Shown: positions 28,943 to 38,589 of the stretch, one piece after another
Numbering within the stretch: position 1 is the stretch's first letter
How the letters are laid out: the number at the start of each line of letters is the position of its first letter
Source of the DNA: Candidatus Parcubacteria bacterium
Lineage (GTDB): Bacteria > Patescibacteriota > Minisyncoccia > Phycocordibacterales > JAACPR01
DNA: 55,889 bases
Direction: 5' to 3'
NCBI GenBank assembly: GCA_039805545.1
Contig: JBDLUA010000020.1
Location: forward strand, 1-55,889
Notes under the pieces: generated by a model
What the model was told of the DNA's origin: nothing
What the model saw: the letters and a program-made list of their open reading frames with translations, nothing else
Database searches by the model: none
Made by a program: the position numbers and the translations under genes

Positions 28943-29665
28943 CTACATTTTTCCAAGAAAAACTTTTTCTAAAATTCCAGAATTAATTATCTTTTCAGGA
29001 GTATTCTCAACAACAACTTTTCCCTTATCAAGAACATACGCTCTATCGACTATTTGCAACACCGAATGTAAATTATGTTCTACAATAATAATCGTTGTTT
29101 TTCTTTTTTGATTAATTTCTTTTATTTTTGCAAAAACTTCTTTCACAACCTTTGGAGAAAGACCTAGTGATGGTTCATCAAGCAATAAAACCTTAGGATC
29201 AGTAATAAGTCCTCGCGCAATCGCAACCATTTGTTGTTGCCCTCCTGACAAATGTTTTACTTTTTCTTTTAATTTCTTTTTTAAATCAGGAAATAGTTCA
29301 AGTGTTTCTTCGATTTGTTTTTTTAATAACCCTCTGTTTGAGATGGCATATCCACCCATTTCTAAATTCTCATACACACTTAAGCTTGTGAACAATTGTC
29401 TTCCTTGAGGAACAAACGTAATTCCCCTCTCCACAATTTCATATGGAATTGGTTTAATTTCTTTTTCATGCCACAAAATTTTTCCACCCGAGATAGGAGC
29501 AAGTCCAAACAAGGCCTTCAATATAGTAGACTTCCCGGCACCATTTGGACCCATAAGAGCAACAATTTCTCCTTCATCAAATACAACAGTCGCACCATCA
29601 AGTGCCTTTACACCACCATAGTGAACCTGTATATCTTCAAGTTTGAGGAGTAACTCTTTTTGCAT
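28943..29665 (-). CDS. livF: Liv-type (HAAT) ABC transporter ATP-binding protein LivF-like
   Basis: GPNGAGKST, VPQGRQLF.SLSVYENLEMG, LSGGQQQMVAIARGL and LLDEPSLGLSP motifs. Confidence 0.92.
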   Translation of the reverse strand: MQKELLLKLEDIQVHYGGVKALDGATVVFDEGEIVALMGPNGAGKSTILKALFGLAPISGGKILWHEKEIKPIPYEIVERGITFVPQGRQLFTSLSVYENLEMGGYAISNRGLLKKQIEETLELFPDLKKKLKEKVKHLSGGQQQMVAIARGLITDPKVLLLDEPSLGLSPKVVKEVFAKIKEINQKRKTTIIIVEHNLHSVLQIVDRAYVLDKGKVVVENTPEKIINSGILEKVFLGKM

Positions 29666-29692
29666 GAGTATATGATAACATTATTTATTTTT

Positions 29693-29730
29693 TATAAAAC
29701 AAACCCCGCTTTCGCGGGGTTTGTTTTATA
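29693..29730. terminator. Hairpin terminator after SBP1
   Basis: TATAAAACAAACCCCGC-TTTC-GCGGGGTTTGTTTTATA. Confidence 0.85.
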
Positions 29731-29749
29731 TTTTAATCTTGTCTCTACT

Positions 29750-30835
29750 TTACTTTTGTTCTAAAATTTCTCCGTTTTCAATTTTAGTAATAGCAACATT
29801 AGGAAGTCTTATTCCAACACTATCAAACTTATACAACCCATTTGCACCTTTATATTCAAGTTTTTTCATATTTTCATTCCATTTTTTATTATCTGAATCA
29901 TATGTATTAACTATAATATTAAAGGCATCGTAACCTATATCAGCCAAATATCCTGGATCTTTACTGTATTTTTCTTTATAGAGTCTTTTAAATTCTTCAG
30001 AAGTTGAACTCTTAAGCGTTGCAATTATTGCTCCGTCTAAAACTTTAGTATTACCTAATATTCTTTTATAGTCAGCAAAACCTGTTTGACCACTCGCATC
30101 AAATGCTAATTGTGGTATTTTTAATCCTTGTTTTTTATATTCAGCTATAAATTGTGCTCCCGGTTGTGGAAATGACAACATAACAACAACATCATAATTT
30201 CCTTCTGATGCCTTTAAGGCGTATGTTCTGAAATCTTTTTCATCTGCTCTAATACCCATTTCTGTTACTTCACTACCATAGGCTTTAACTAAAGCATTTT
30301 TGAAACGAATCATGGTGTCATGAACAGTATATACAATCAATGGCTTTTTATAACCTTGTTCTCTCAAATAATTTCCTAGGTTAATTTCAGCTTGAATACT
30401 TCCTGGGAAAAGCCCGTATACAACATCATCAGTAGCATCTTTTGATTGTTCACCCATTTGCAAGATAGGTCTACCGTCTGCTTGAGCTAAATCATAAATA
30501 GCTTCAATACTTGGAGTAGATACATTAAACAATGCATCTACTCGATCAATATCCATCAATTTTTTATAAGCACTCAATGCTTTTTTTGAATCAAAGCCAT
30601 CATCTTCAGCAATAACTTCAATTTGTTTATCTGGATTTTGTTTATTGTAAACCTCTTGTGCAAGAAGAAAACCATTTAACATTTCTTGACCTACAGAGGC
30701 GTATTCACCACTTAAGATAGAGATTGCCCCGATTTTCTTTAGTTCACCTTGGTCATTTGAGTTACTTTGTATGGCAACAAAAATGCCAGCAATCACCAAT
30801 ATAATAATTGATATTCCTATAATTTTCTTTTTCAT
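29750..30835 (-). CDS. LivJ/LivK-like ABC substrate-binding protein SBP1
   Basis: N-terminal TM anchor; KIG.I..LSGEYA, EDDGFD..KALSAYKKL, GYDA and GANG..KFD (periplasmic binding protein type 1). Confidence 0.9.
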   Translation of the reverse strand: MKKKIIGISIIILVIAGIFVAIQSNSNDQGELKKIGAISILSGEYASVGQEMLNGFLLAQEVYNKQNPDKQIEVIAEDDGFDSKKALSAYKKLMDIDRVDALFNVSTPSIEAIYDLAQADGRPILQMGEQSKDATDDVVYGLFPGSIQAEINLGNYLREQGYKKPLIVYTVHDTMIRFKNALVKAYGSEVTEMGIRADEKDFRTYALKASEGNYDVVVMLSFPQPGAQFIAEYKKQGLKIPQLAFDASGQTGFADYKRILGNTKVLDGAIIATLKSSTSEEFKRLYKEKYSKDPGYLADIGYDAFNIIVNTYDSDNKKWNENMKKLEYKGANGLYKFDSVGIRLPNVAITKIENGEILEQK

Positions 30836-30952
30836 TATTTTCACTTTTTACATTATTAATTACCTCACATTAGTATAATGTAAAGATATAAAATAAAGTA
30901 ATTCTTTACTAAATAAGTCAAATTTTATTGATAATAAAGGTTTTTAGAGTAC

Positions 30953-30979
30953 ATTTATGTCAACATTATTGACATAAAT
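30953..30979. promoter_or_regulatory. Putative TrmB1 operator overlapping a -35 box
   Basis: ATTTATGTCAA-CATTA-TTGACATAAAT, perfect 11-bp inverted repeat; TTGACA-16-TATAGT-6-ATG. Confidence 0.65.
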
Positions 30980-31002
30980 ATATAAAATACTATAGTAAAA
31001 GC

Positions 31003-31731
31003 ATGTCGAGATATAAAATAGACCCTTTTTTATTTGATGAAACTGAGAAAATTGTTCTAAAATCACTCAGAATTAATAAAACACCCCTAGAAATTTCAAA
31101 AGATACTAACACTCCCCGTTCAACGGTTTACTTTATTTTAGAAAAACTGAAAAAGCGCGGACTGGTAAAAAAAGAAAAAATAGGTAAAAAAACGTTTTGG
31201 ATTCTAAAAAAATCAAACGAGATAGAGCTGGCAGAGAATCAACCAAGAGAACATTCCAATATAAAAATATACGACTCTTCAGAGCAGATAGTTGATTTTT
31301 TATATCGATTTGTGTCGCAAAATTCCTCTAGATTTCAATTTTTTAATGGCGATCACAATCCACAACACTGGGGAAAATATGTTGAAACAAGAGATGGAGT
31401 AAAATTAAATAATCTAATACGAGATAATGGTTTAATTTCAGATATTATTTCTTCAGCTTCATTTATTAAAAATAATGAAAATGTTCTTGGTAGAGATTGG
31501 ACAAATGCTTTTGTTGATAAACCAACAGAATATCATGTATTAAATTCAAAATATACTAATTTTAATTCTCAAATTATTTTACAAACAAACAAAGTGTTCA
31601 TTATGAATATGGAAAAACCTGTGCTGTATGAAATTTCTGATCCAGACATTTACAATTGTTTTACCTCAATCTTTCAATTTATAAAAGATAATTCTAAAAA
31701 AGTGAATGCTTCTGATTTTTTAAATAATTAA
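31003..31731 (+). CDS. TrmB-family transcriptional regulator TrmB1
   Basis: N-terminal wHTH (EISKDTNTPRSTVYFILEKLKKRGLV) plus C-terminal effector-binding domain; divergent from SBP1. Confidence 0.85.
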   Translation: MSRYKIDPFLFDETEKIVLKSLRINKTPLEISKDTNTPRSTVYFILEKLKKRGLVKKEKIGKKTFWILKKSNEIELAENQPREHSNIKIYDSSEQIVDFLYRFVSQNSSRFQFFNGDHNPQHWGKYVETRDGVKLNNLIRDNGLISDIISSASFIKNNENVLGRDWTNAFVDKPTEYHVLNSKYTNFNSQIILQTNKVFIMNMEKPVLYEISDPDIYNCFTSIFQFIKDNSKKVNASDFLNN

Positions 31732-31759
31732 AAACCACCCTCTCGGGTGGTTTTTAATT
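31726..31759. terminator. Bidirectional terminator; same core as 39348-39377
   Basis: AATTAAAAACCACCC-TCTC-GGGTGGTTTTTAATT. Confidence 0.85.
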
Positions 31760-31779
31760 TTAACAAGAAACTATTCTTA

Positions 31780-32868
31780 TTAATTCTCACTCTTCACAAA
31801 CTTTCCGTCTTTAAATACTTTTGCTTCACTTTCAAGAATTCTTGATCCTGTTTTGTCGAAAAGTATTTTTCCTGACATTCCAGAATATGAGAAGTCTTTG
31901 TTTTCAAGAATCTTTTTCCAATCTTTTTTGTCTTTACCAGCAAGATTTTTTGAGATAATTTGAATCGAATCATATCCATATACTGCAAGGAAGTTTGGCT
32001 CTGCTTTATATAATTCCTTATATTTTGCATTGTATGCATCGCTTGTAGTATTCGCAATCATAGTTGAGATACAGTTATTAAACACGGTATCATCTTGCAC
32101 CTTATCGAGATAATCTCCGATTGTAAGTTCAATGTTTCCATCACAAATCAATTGAATGTTTTTATTTCCTTTTTGCTTTGCAACTTCATTCAAGAATTTT
32201 GAACCTTGTTCAAGTGGAAGAAATAATGTGTATGAATCAAAGTTTCCAGCTAACATCTTTGCGACTTCCGTTCGTACATCAGAATTTGATGCAACAGGAA
32301 TTTCACTATAAGCACCACCAGCAATGCCTTCGATAAATTGTTCCTTATTAGTTTGAGCGATTGACCAATCAGATGAATATACGAGAGCTGTATTTTCATA
32401 TTTTTTATCAACTTGCTCACCTAATGTTTTAAACAACGCTGCTGCCCAAGGAATAATTTCAAACACATTATCGTTTTCAATTGAGGCTTCATTACCCACT
32501 GTAAGCAATAATTCATTTGATTGATTCACAACAGGTTTAAGTGCTTCAAGAGAAGGACTTGAGAGACCTACTACGATATCTACATTATCAACTGTTTGAA
32601 GTTTATTGTATGCAGACAAAGCTTTTTTAGAATCAAATCCATCATCTTCAAACACAAGTTCAATATTTTTATGCTCTAAATCTTGAACACTCATCTCCAT
32701 TGCTTTTTTAACACTTTCCCCAAATGCCGCACCATATTCTCCAGACAAAGGAAGAATAACCCCTACTTTTACCACATCTGATGAAGTATCTTTTTTAGAA
32801 TTTGAAACTCCCCAAACGACAGCAAGCACGATCACAATACCTATCACAATTTTTATACCTTTATTCAT
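31780..32868 (-). CDS. LivJ/LivK-like substrate-binding protein SBP2
   Basis: KVGVILPLSGEY, FEDDGFDSKKALSAYNKL, YGYDS and GMSGKILFD motifs. Confidence 0.9.
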   Translation of the reverse strand: MNKGIKIVIGIVIVLAVVWGVSNSKKDTSSDVVKVGVILPLSGEYGAAFGESVKKAMEMSVQDLEHKNIELVFEDDGFDSKKALSAYNKLQTVDNVDIVVGLSSPSLEALKPVVNQSNELLLTVGNEASIENDNVFEIIPWAAALFKTLGEQVDKKYENTALVYSSDWSIAQTNKEQFIEGIAGGAYSEIPVASNSDVRTEVAKMLAGNFDSYTLFLPLEQGSKFLNEVAKQKGNKNIQLICDGNIELTIGDYLDKVQDDTVFNNCISTMIANTTSDAYNAKYKELYKAEPNFLAVYGYDSIQIISKNLAGKDKKDWKKILENKDFSYSGMSGKILFDKTGSRILESEAKVFKDGKFVKSEN

Positions 32869-33038
32869 ATTTTAATTAATTATTACTATTATCAATTAGT
32901 AACAGACAATATTATATTATTAATGTCAAATAATATAAAAATAAGCCTATTTGCAATAATATATCTTTAATACCTTTATATATAAAGATATTTTATGTAT
33001 TATTTGACTAAATTTTCGACATATATCATACTTATACC

Positions 33039-33863
33039 ATGAAAATTAAGCCAGAAACCCTCAAAATACTCGGAATATCTCGTGTTGAGCTTCAAATCCT
33101 CAATTCCCTCGATTCCAAAGATTTAACTATTCTTGATATTTCAAAACAGACATCAATACCAAGAACTTCCCTCTATTACACCCTTTCCCTATTACAAGAA
33201 AGAGGTTTTATTTCTAAATATAAATTACACAAGAAGATTTTGTGGAAAAAAACTGAAGATTCCAAAATAAAAGAACTACTTCAAGAAGCGACAGTAAACT
33301 TTACACAAAGTCAGGTCAACACAACAACTCAAACAGTTGATACAACTACAAGTATTACTTTTTATCGTGGTGTTTCTGATATGATTTCTTTCTTTAATGA
33401 ACTTGTACAAACACCGAAAGAATCTCGTTGGTATGGAATACAACCTGGACCTTCTGTAATAGATTTACTTTCAAAAGCAAATGTTCAAAATATTATTGAT
33501 TTTAATCATCAAGTTAAAAATAAAAAACATATTGTTGAAGGAGTTGTACACGAGGGGTATATCGAGATTATGGCAAATATTCTCGCACCTAAAGAGTATA
33601 AGGATCTTCTCAAAAGTTTTGGCGGTCGTTCTGCTGATTATGCAAAGCTTCCCGAAAATTATATGAAAGATATTTCTTCAGAAATTTACCTATTTGATAA
33701 CACAAAAATTGCGCTTTTAAACTGGAATAAAGAATTTGCAATCATTATTCGAAATAAAGACATGTATGATCTGCTTTTTGAAATGTTCAAATCAACCAAA
33801 TACATGCTCAACAAATATGATCAGAACGAAAAGATCGCGAAAAAGTTAGTGGAGCTAGGATAA
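33039..33863 (+). CDS. TrmB-family transcriptional regulator TrmB2
   Basis: LKILGIS..E, DISKQTSIPRTSLYYTL..L.ERGFI; FYRG; SEIYLF...KIALLNW. Confidence 0.87.
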   Translation: MKIKPETLKILGISRVELQILNSLDSKDLTILDISKQTSIPRTSLYYTLSLLQERGFISKYKLHKKILWKKTEDSKIKELLQEATVNFTQSQVNTTTQTVDTTTSITFYRGVSDMISFFNELVQTPKESRWYGIQPGPSVIDLLSKANVQNIIDFNHQVKNKKHIVEGVVHEGYIEIMANILAPKEYKDLLKSFGGRSADYAKLPENYMKDISSEIYLFDNTKIALLNWNKEFAIIIRNKDMYDLLFEMFKSTKYMLNKYDQNEKIAKKLVELG

Positions 33864-33867
33864 TAAA

Positions 33868-34602
33868 CTACTCCCCCAAATACGCCTCGACAACATCTCT
33901 TCTCGACAACACATCTTCTGGTTTTCCTTCTGCAAGAAGCTCTCCCGCATCAAGCACCACAACATAATCACAGAGATCTCGAATGATTTCCATGTTGTGC
34001 TCAACCAATACAATTGCTTTTCCCTCTTCTTTTAATTGTTTAATGATATGTGATACTTTTTTGATCATCTCAGGAAAGAGTCCTGCATATGGTTCATCAA
34101 ACAAAATAACATCAACATCCATCGCAATAGCACGACCAATTTCAAGAAGCTTTCTTTGTCCATATGATAAGTTGAGTGCGAGCTCATTCTTCTTTGTTTC
34201 AAGTCCAACTATCTTTAGAATTTCTTCTGCTCGTACTTCATATATAACTTTATTTCTTTCAAAAAGAGATCCCCATACCCCACGATGTGTAAGTGTGAGA
34301 AGGATATTTTCAAATACACTCATTTGTTCAAACACTCTTACATTTTGAAATGTTCGAGTAATACCAAAGGTTCGAATATCAAAAGGTTTTATTTTATCTA
34401 TCTTTACCTTGTCGTCAATAATCAAAACACCTTTATCTTTAGGAACAATTCCAGTTACCAAATTAATAAGCGTAGATTTTCCAGAACCATTAGGACCAAT
34501 GAGTCCTGTTATCTTGTGTTTTTCAATAGAAAACCCTGCTCCATTAACGGCTTTTATTCCTGTGAATTTTTTATGAAAATCTTTTATGGTCAAAAGTGAC
34601 AT
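33868..34602 (-). CDS. livG: Liv-type ABC transporter ATP-binding protein LivG-like
   Basis: GLIGPNGSGKST, GITRTFQ, LSYGQRKLLEIGRA, DEPYAG, VEHNM and V.EAYLG motifs. Confidence 0.92.
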   Translation of the reverse strand: MSLLTIKDFHKKFTGIKAVNGAGFSIEKHKITGLIGPNGSGKSTLINLVTGIVPKDKGVLIIDDKVKIDKIKPFDIRTFGITRTFQNVRVFEQMSVFENILLTLTHRGVWGSLFERNKVIYEVRAEEILKIVGLETKKNELALNLSYGQRKLLEIGRAIAMDVDVILFDEPYAGLFPEMIKKVSHIIKQLKEEGKAIVLVEHNMEIIRDLCDYVVVLDAGELLAEGKPEDVLSRRDVVEAYLGE

Positions 34603-34625
34603 GGATATAGTATATCAAATATATA

Positions 34626-35447
34626 TTAGGGCATAAGAACATTCTCAATAACCCTATTGTGATCAATTTTCTTTCCGCCCATTTTTACAAACTCAAACAT
34701 GTCTGTTAAGAATTTTGTAATGTTTTGATTAGTTATTTCAATCGCAACATCTTCTTTCCAATTAATAATAAGAGCAGTATTTTGAAAAATCCATATTTCA
34801 CTATCACAATTAAAAAATGTGTCTGCAAATACAGTGTAGTCAGCCATTCGTCCCCTTAAACTCTCAACTGTTTGTTTATGTTTTTGAGGATTTTGTAAAA
34901 TCTCTTTTTTATAAGACTCATAGGCGCTCTCGTTAAGCATACCATCGAGAATAATTTTATTTTTTATAATTGCTCTGTTAAATTCAACTAATTGTTCTGG
35001 TGTTATTTTTTCATTAAGTTCTAGCCAAGACCGATGGTGTTGTATAGCTCTAATACGAGTATTTCTATTTTTTGATGCAATTCTTTGATATGCGGGAAGT
35101 ATTTCTTTTGGACCAACATGGATGATAAATTCATTCTCATATGAAGTCTTAACTCGTGCACCTTTAATATGAGAATCTTTTAATTTAAACTCATCAACCG
35201 CCCGCTGTATTAGTGTTGAAAATTCGTCCTCAGTAACTGCAATATATACATATCGCTTTCCGTTTTTAATTCTTTTAACAAAGCCTTTCTTTTGAAGTTT
35301 ATTGAGTTCATATAAGACACCTGTTCGAGAAATACCCGTATACCCAACAATCTCAGGAACTGTTTTTGCTTCAAAAAGAGCCTCGAGAATCTTTCTTTCA
35401 GTAGTTCTTAATCCGAGTATTCTTAGTAATTCTTCACTTAATTTCAT
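34626..35447 (-). CDS. TrmB-family transcriptional regulator TrmB3
   Basis: LRILGL..TE, TGISRTGVLYELNKLQKKGFV; resembles TrmB2 (GR.ADY, SEI..F, INW); divergent from SBP3. Confidence 0.87.
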   Translation of the reverse strand: MKLSEELLRILGLRTTERKILEALFEAKTVPEIVGYTGISRTGVLYELNKLQKKGFVKRIKNGKRYVYIAVTEDEFSTLIQRAVDEFKLKDSHIKGARVKTSYENEFIIHVGPKEILPAYQRIASKNRNTRIRAIQHHRSWLELNEKITPEQLVEFNRAIIKNKIILDGMLNESAYESYKKEILQNPQKHKQTVESLRGRMADYTVFADTFFNCDSEIWIFQNTALIINWKEDVAIEITNQNITKFLTDMFEFVKMGGKKIDHNRVIENVLMP

Positions 35448-35616
35448 AGGTAAATTGTATTAAATAACTATTTTTTAGTCAAATATTAGTATCATTATAT
35501 GCTTATTTATCAATGTATTTTTAATATATTTATTTTTATAAAACTAAAATTTTATATTGTCAAACCAATTACATATACTTATATCGTTATTATTAGCAAT
35601 AACAAAATATTAAGGT

Positions 35617-36720
35617 ATGAATAATAAGTTCAAAATTATCAGTGGTATCGCAATACTTGTATTAGTTATTGCACTACTCATTGGAAACAATACACACAAA
35701 AACAATGAAGTTATACGGATTGGAGTTATTGCTCCCCTCTCAGGTGACTTCGGTGCAGTTGGAGAAAACTTTGTAAACGGAATCAAAACAGCAGAAGCTG
35801 TCTATGAAGAAGAAACCGGAAAACAAGTTGAAATCATTATTGAAAATGATGGTGGAGAAGCAACAAAAGGTCTTAGTGCCTTCAAAAAACTTACAGAAGT
35901 AGATAAGGTAGATGGTTTGATAAATACATTCACAAGCACAATGGATGCAATCTACGAACCTTCAAAAAATCTTCCTTATCCTGTTATGATGGGATTCCTT
36001 CAAGCAAATAATGTTGCAGATGATCATGTGTTTCAAATTACTCTTGGAAACGAGAATGTATGGGACAGATACGCAGAATACCTTATGAAAGCAAACTTTG
36101 ATAAGAGTAACCTCGTAATCGTACATTCAAAAGATGCGGCACAAGATTCTTTTGCAAAAGAATTTGCAAAACACTATCAAGGAAAAACAGAAGTGATTGT
36201 AGCATCATCAGAAAAAGGAATACTTAAAGCAGATGCAGCAAAGATTGCAGAGCTTAAGCCAAGTGCAGTTATATTCTTTATGACACCAGAGAACGGAGCG
36301 ATTCTTACAAAAGAATTACTTCCTCTTATCGAAAAAGATACACAACTTATCTATGATATTCAAATCCACACAGGAATGACATATTACAAAGATATACTTG
36401 GAGATCTAAATAAGATTAATGGAGCAATCAGTATTATTCCAGAAGGAGAACCAAATCAAGACTTTATCAAAAACTACAAAGAAGTTATTGGAAAAGACCC
36501 AGGATTTACTTCAGACTTTGGATACGATGCAATGATGACATATCTTGAATCAAAAGACACTTCAAAGGATGGCTGGATTAAAAATCTCAAGAAGACTGAC
36601 TTTGCAGGTGCAAGTGGCCAAATCAAATTTGATCACAATGGAATCGTCTTCCCCAACCTCACAATTAAAGTTGTAGAGAATGGTGAGATGAAAGTTGCAG
36701 AGCGACTTCCGCTTAAATAA
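35617..36720 (+). CDS. LivJ/LivK-like substrate-binding protein SBP3
   Basis: RIGVIAPLSGDF, IENDGGE..KGLSAFKKL, FGYDA and GASGQIKFD motifs. Confidence 0.9.
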   Translation: MNNKFKIISGIAILVLVIALLIGNNTHKNNEVIRIGVIAPLSGDFGAVGENFVNGIKTAEAVYEEETGKQVEIIIENDGGEATKGLSAFKKLTEVDKVDGLINTFTSTMDAIYEPSKNLPYPVMMGFLQANNVADDHVFQITLGNENVWDRYAEYLMKANFDKSNLVIVHSKDAAQDSFAKEFAKHYQGKTEVIVASSEKGILKADAAKIAELKPSAVIFFMTPENGAILTKELLPLIEKDTQLIYDIQIHTGMTYYKDILGDLNKINGAISIIPEGEPNQDFIKNYKEVIGKDPGFTSDFGYDAMMTYLESKDTSKDGWIKNLKKTDFAGASGQIKFDHNGIVFPNLTIKVVENGEMKVAERLPLK

Positions 36721-36734
36721 AGTTTAAAAAAACT

Positions 36735-36772
36735 AAATCAAAAAACCGCCCTTTCTGGCGGTTTTTTGATTT
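36735..36772. terminator. Bidirectional terminator (array family)
   Basis: AAATCAAAAAACCGCC-CTTTCT-GGCGGTTTTTTGATTT. Confidence 0.85.
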
Positions 36773-36789
36773 GTTATATTAGATTTTAT

Positions 36790-37917
36790 TTAGTTAACTT
36801 TAACAGGAGCTCCATTTACTAACTTAAATATTGACTCTTTGATTCGGGCACCTCCATCTTTTTCAAAAGAGATTGTACCTGTTGTACCTTCAAGGTTTTT
36901 AATATCAAGTAATCCTTTTGCAATTTTATTACTTGTTACATCACCGTTGATTCCTTCAAAAACTTTGAATAGAACTTGCATTGTGTCATAGGCAGGATGT
37001 GTTGTAAGTGGAAGAATTGCAGGTCGTCCCACCTTTTTAACAAACTTTGTATTGAATTCTGTTGCCAACTTATTGTCGGAACCAGCATCCCAATACGCAA
37101 AGTATGTTCCTTCTGCATAACCAGCAGCAGATTTTTGTGCAACAGGACTAGTAATTGTTCCTGTTGTGTAAAAAGGTGATTTAATACCAATTTCTCTTGC
37201 TTGCTTCATAATAAGTCCCTGTTCATCATGCCCAAGAATAACTAGTCCAGCAGGATTTGTTTCTTTAACTTTAAGTAAATGAGTTCTAAAATCATTATCT
37301 TCAAAGTTGAAGGCTTCTGTTGCAACAATTTTTCCTCCTTCAGCAACAAACTTATCTTCAAATGCTTTTGAAACAAGATTCATAAAGCTATCTTTTGTTG
37401 AATACATTACAGCAGCATTTGTTTGTCCGTTTTTAATCATATATTCAGCAATTGATGTCCCAATTGATTCTGTTTCGGTTGCAAGACAAAATATGTTTTC
37501 ACTTGAAGCGGCAAGCTCATCATTACAATCAAGTGGGTCAATTACAATGATGTCGTCTTTCTCTGCCTGATCCTTAATAGAGAATACTCCGCCATATGTT
37601 GCAACCAGTAAAGCGTCTACTTTATCAATATTAACTAATTTGTTATATGCATTAATAGTATTCTTAGTTAAATATTGATCATCTTCAACAATCAATTCAA
37701 CCGGTTTCCCATTAATACCTCCTTTTTTATTTACTTCCTCAACAGCGATTTGGATAGCAGGAATTGCATCCATTCCAAGCACTGCGGATGGACCTGTTTC
37801 TGGACCAATATATCCAATTTTAAAGATTCCATCGTCTTCGGTCTTTTTGCCTACAGATAGAGCTAAAACAATAATGACAATCAAAACGATAACTGACGCT
37901 AAAATTTTTTTATTCAT
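36790..37917 (-). CDS. LivJ/LivK-like substrate-binding protein SBP4
   Basis: KIGYIGPETG, EVNKKGGINGKPVELIVEDD, DFRTHLLK, AYD and GTTGTISF motifs. Confidence 0.92.
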   Translation of the reverse strand: MNKKILASVIVLIVIIVLALSVGKKTEDDGIFKIGYIGPETGPSAVLGMDAIPAIQIAVEEVNKKGGINGKPVELIVEDDQYLTKNTINAYNKLVNIDKVDALLVATYGGVFSIKDQAEKDDIIVIDPLDCNDELAASSENIFCLATETESIGTSIAEYMIKNGQTNAAVMYSTKDSFMNLVSKAFEDKFVAEGGKIVATEAFNFEDNDFRTHLLKVKETNPAGLVILGHDEQGLIMKQAREIGIKSPFYTTGTITSPVAQKSAAGYAEGTYFAYWDAGSDNKLATEFNTKFVKKVGRPAILPLTTHPAYDTMQVLFKVFEGINGDVTSNKIAKGLLDIKNLEGTTGTISFEKDGGARIKESIFKLVNGAPVKVN

Positions 37918-38016
37918 ATTTTTATAATTTTTAATAAAGCTTATGGATTATTATATAACAAATATAATTTTCATCTGTATTTTAATACCCCTATAGTATA
38001 ACAAGTATATTTAGAT

Positions 38017-38038
38017 TGTCAACCATTTTGGATGATAA
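38017..38038. promoter_or_regulatory. Putative TrmB4 operator copy 1 over the SBP4 promoter -35
   Basis: TGTCAACCATTTTGGATGATAA; minus-strand TTGACA-16-TATACT; 21/22 match to 38559-38580. Confidence 0.7.
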
Positions 38039-38043
38039 TAAAA

Positions 38044-38080
38044 AACCGTCTAACCCAAGCATTGCTTGAATTAGACGGTT
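38044..38080 (-). terminator. Terminator of the small membrane protein gene
   Basis: AACCGTCTAA-CC-CAAGCA-T-TGCTTG-AA-TTAGACGGTT with a U-tract on the minus strand. Confidence 0.75.
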
Positions 38081-38098
38081 GAAATTTCTGGCAGGTTT

Positions 38099-38392
38099 TC
38101 AGAAAAATGGCTCAGCATCTCTTTCACTGGCAGTGAGAGATATCATAAGAACAAACAACCCTGAAATCATAAGGAGCAAGGAAACAACCACAAATGCAGC
38201 ACCTAGGAAGCCGATAACAACTCCCGAATTAATGTGCCACAAATACAGTGCTGAGGAAAATAATCCCCAGGAAACGGCTATCATTACAAAAGCAAGAGCA
38301 AATGTCTTGAGTCGTCCATACCCTTTATCAAAGATAAGGCACCTTGCAAGAATGATTATCACAACAGCGATCGGAAAAATCAGAATGTTCAT
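38099..38392 (-). CDS. Small hydrophobic membrane protein (3 TM)
   Basis: 97 aa, almost entirely hydrophobic; has its own promoter and terminator. Confidence 0.7.
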   Translation of the reverse strand: MNILIFPIAVVIIILARCLIFDKGYGRLKTFALAFVMIAVSWGLFSSALYLWHINSGVVIGFLGAAFVVVSLLLMISGLFVLMISLTASERDAEPFF

Positions 38393-38558
38393 TTTGGTAA
38401 TTTTTTGGATTTGTGCTGACGAAAGCGGATTGTTTTCGTTACAGCAGGAAATTTATATACTAAATGGTATAATGAACTTTCCGCTATAACGAAACTTTTA
38501 GAGCTGATTTTTAAAGAACTTGCTTTTATTCTTAAATTGTAGCATAATATATTAAAAA

Positions 38559-38580
38559 TGTCAACCATTTTGGGTGATAA
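38559..38580. promoter_or_regulatory. Putative TrmB4 operator copy 2
   Basis: TGTCAACCATTTTGGGTGATAA, 9 nt before the TrmB4 ATG; minus-strand TTGACA-17-TACAAT. Confidence 0.7.
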
Positions 38581-38589
38581 ATCAAAAAA

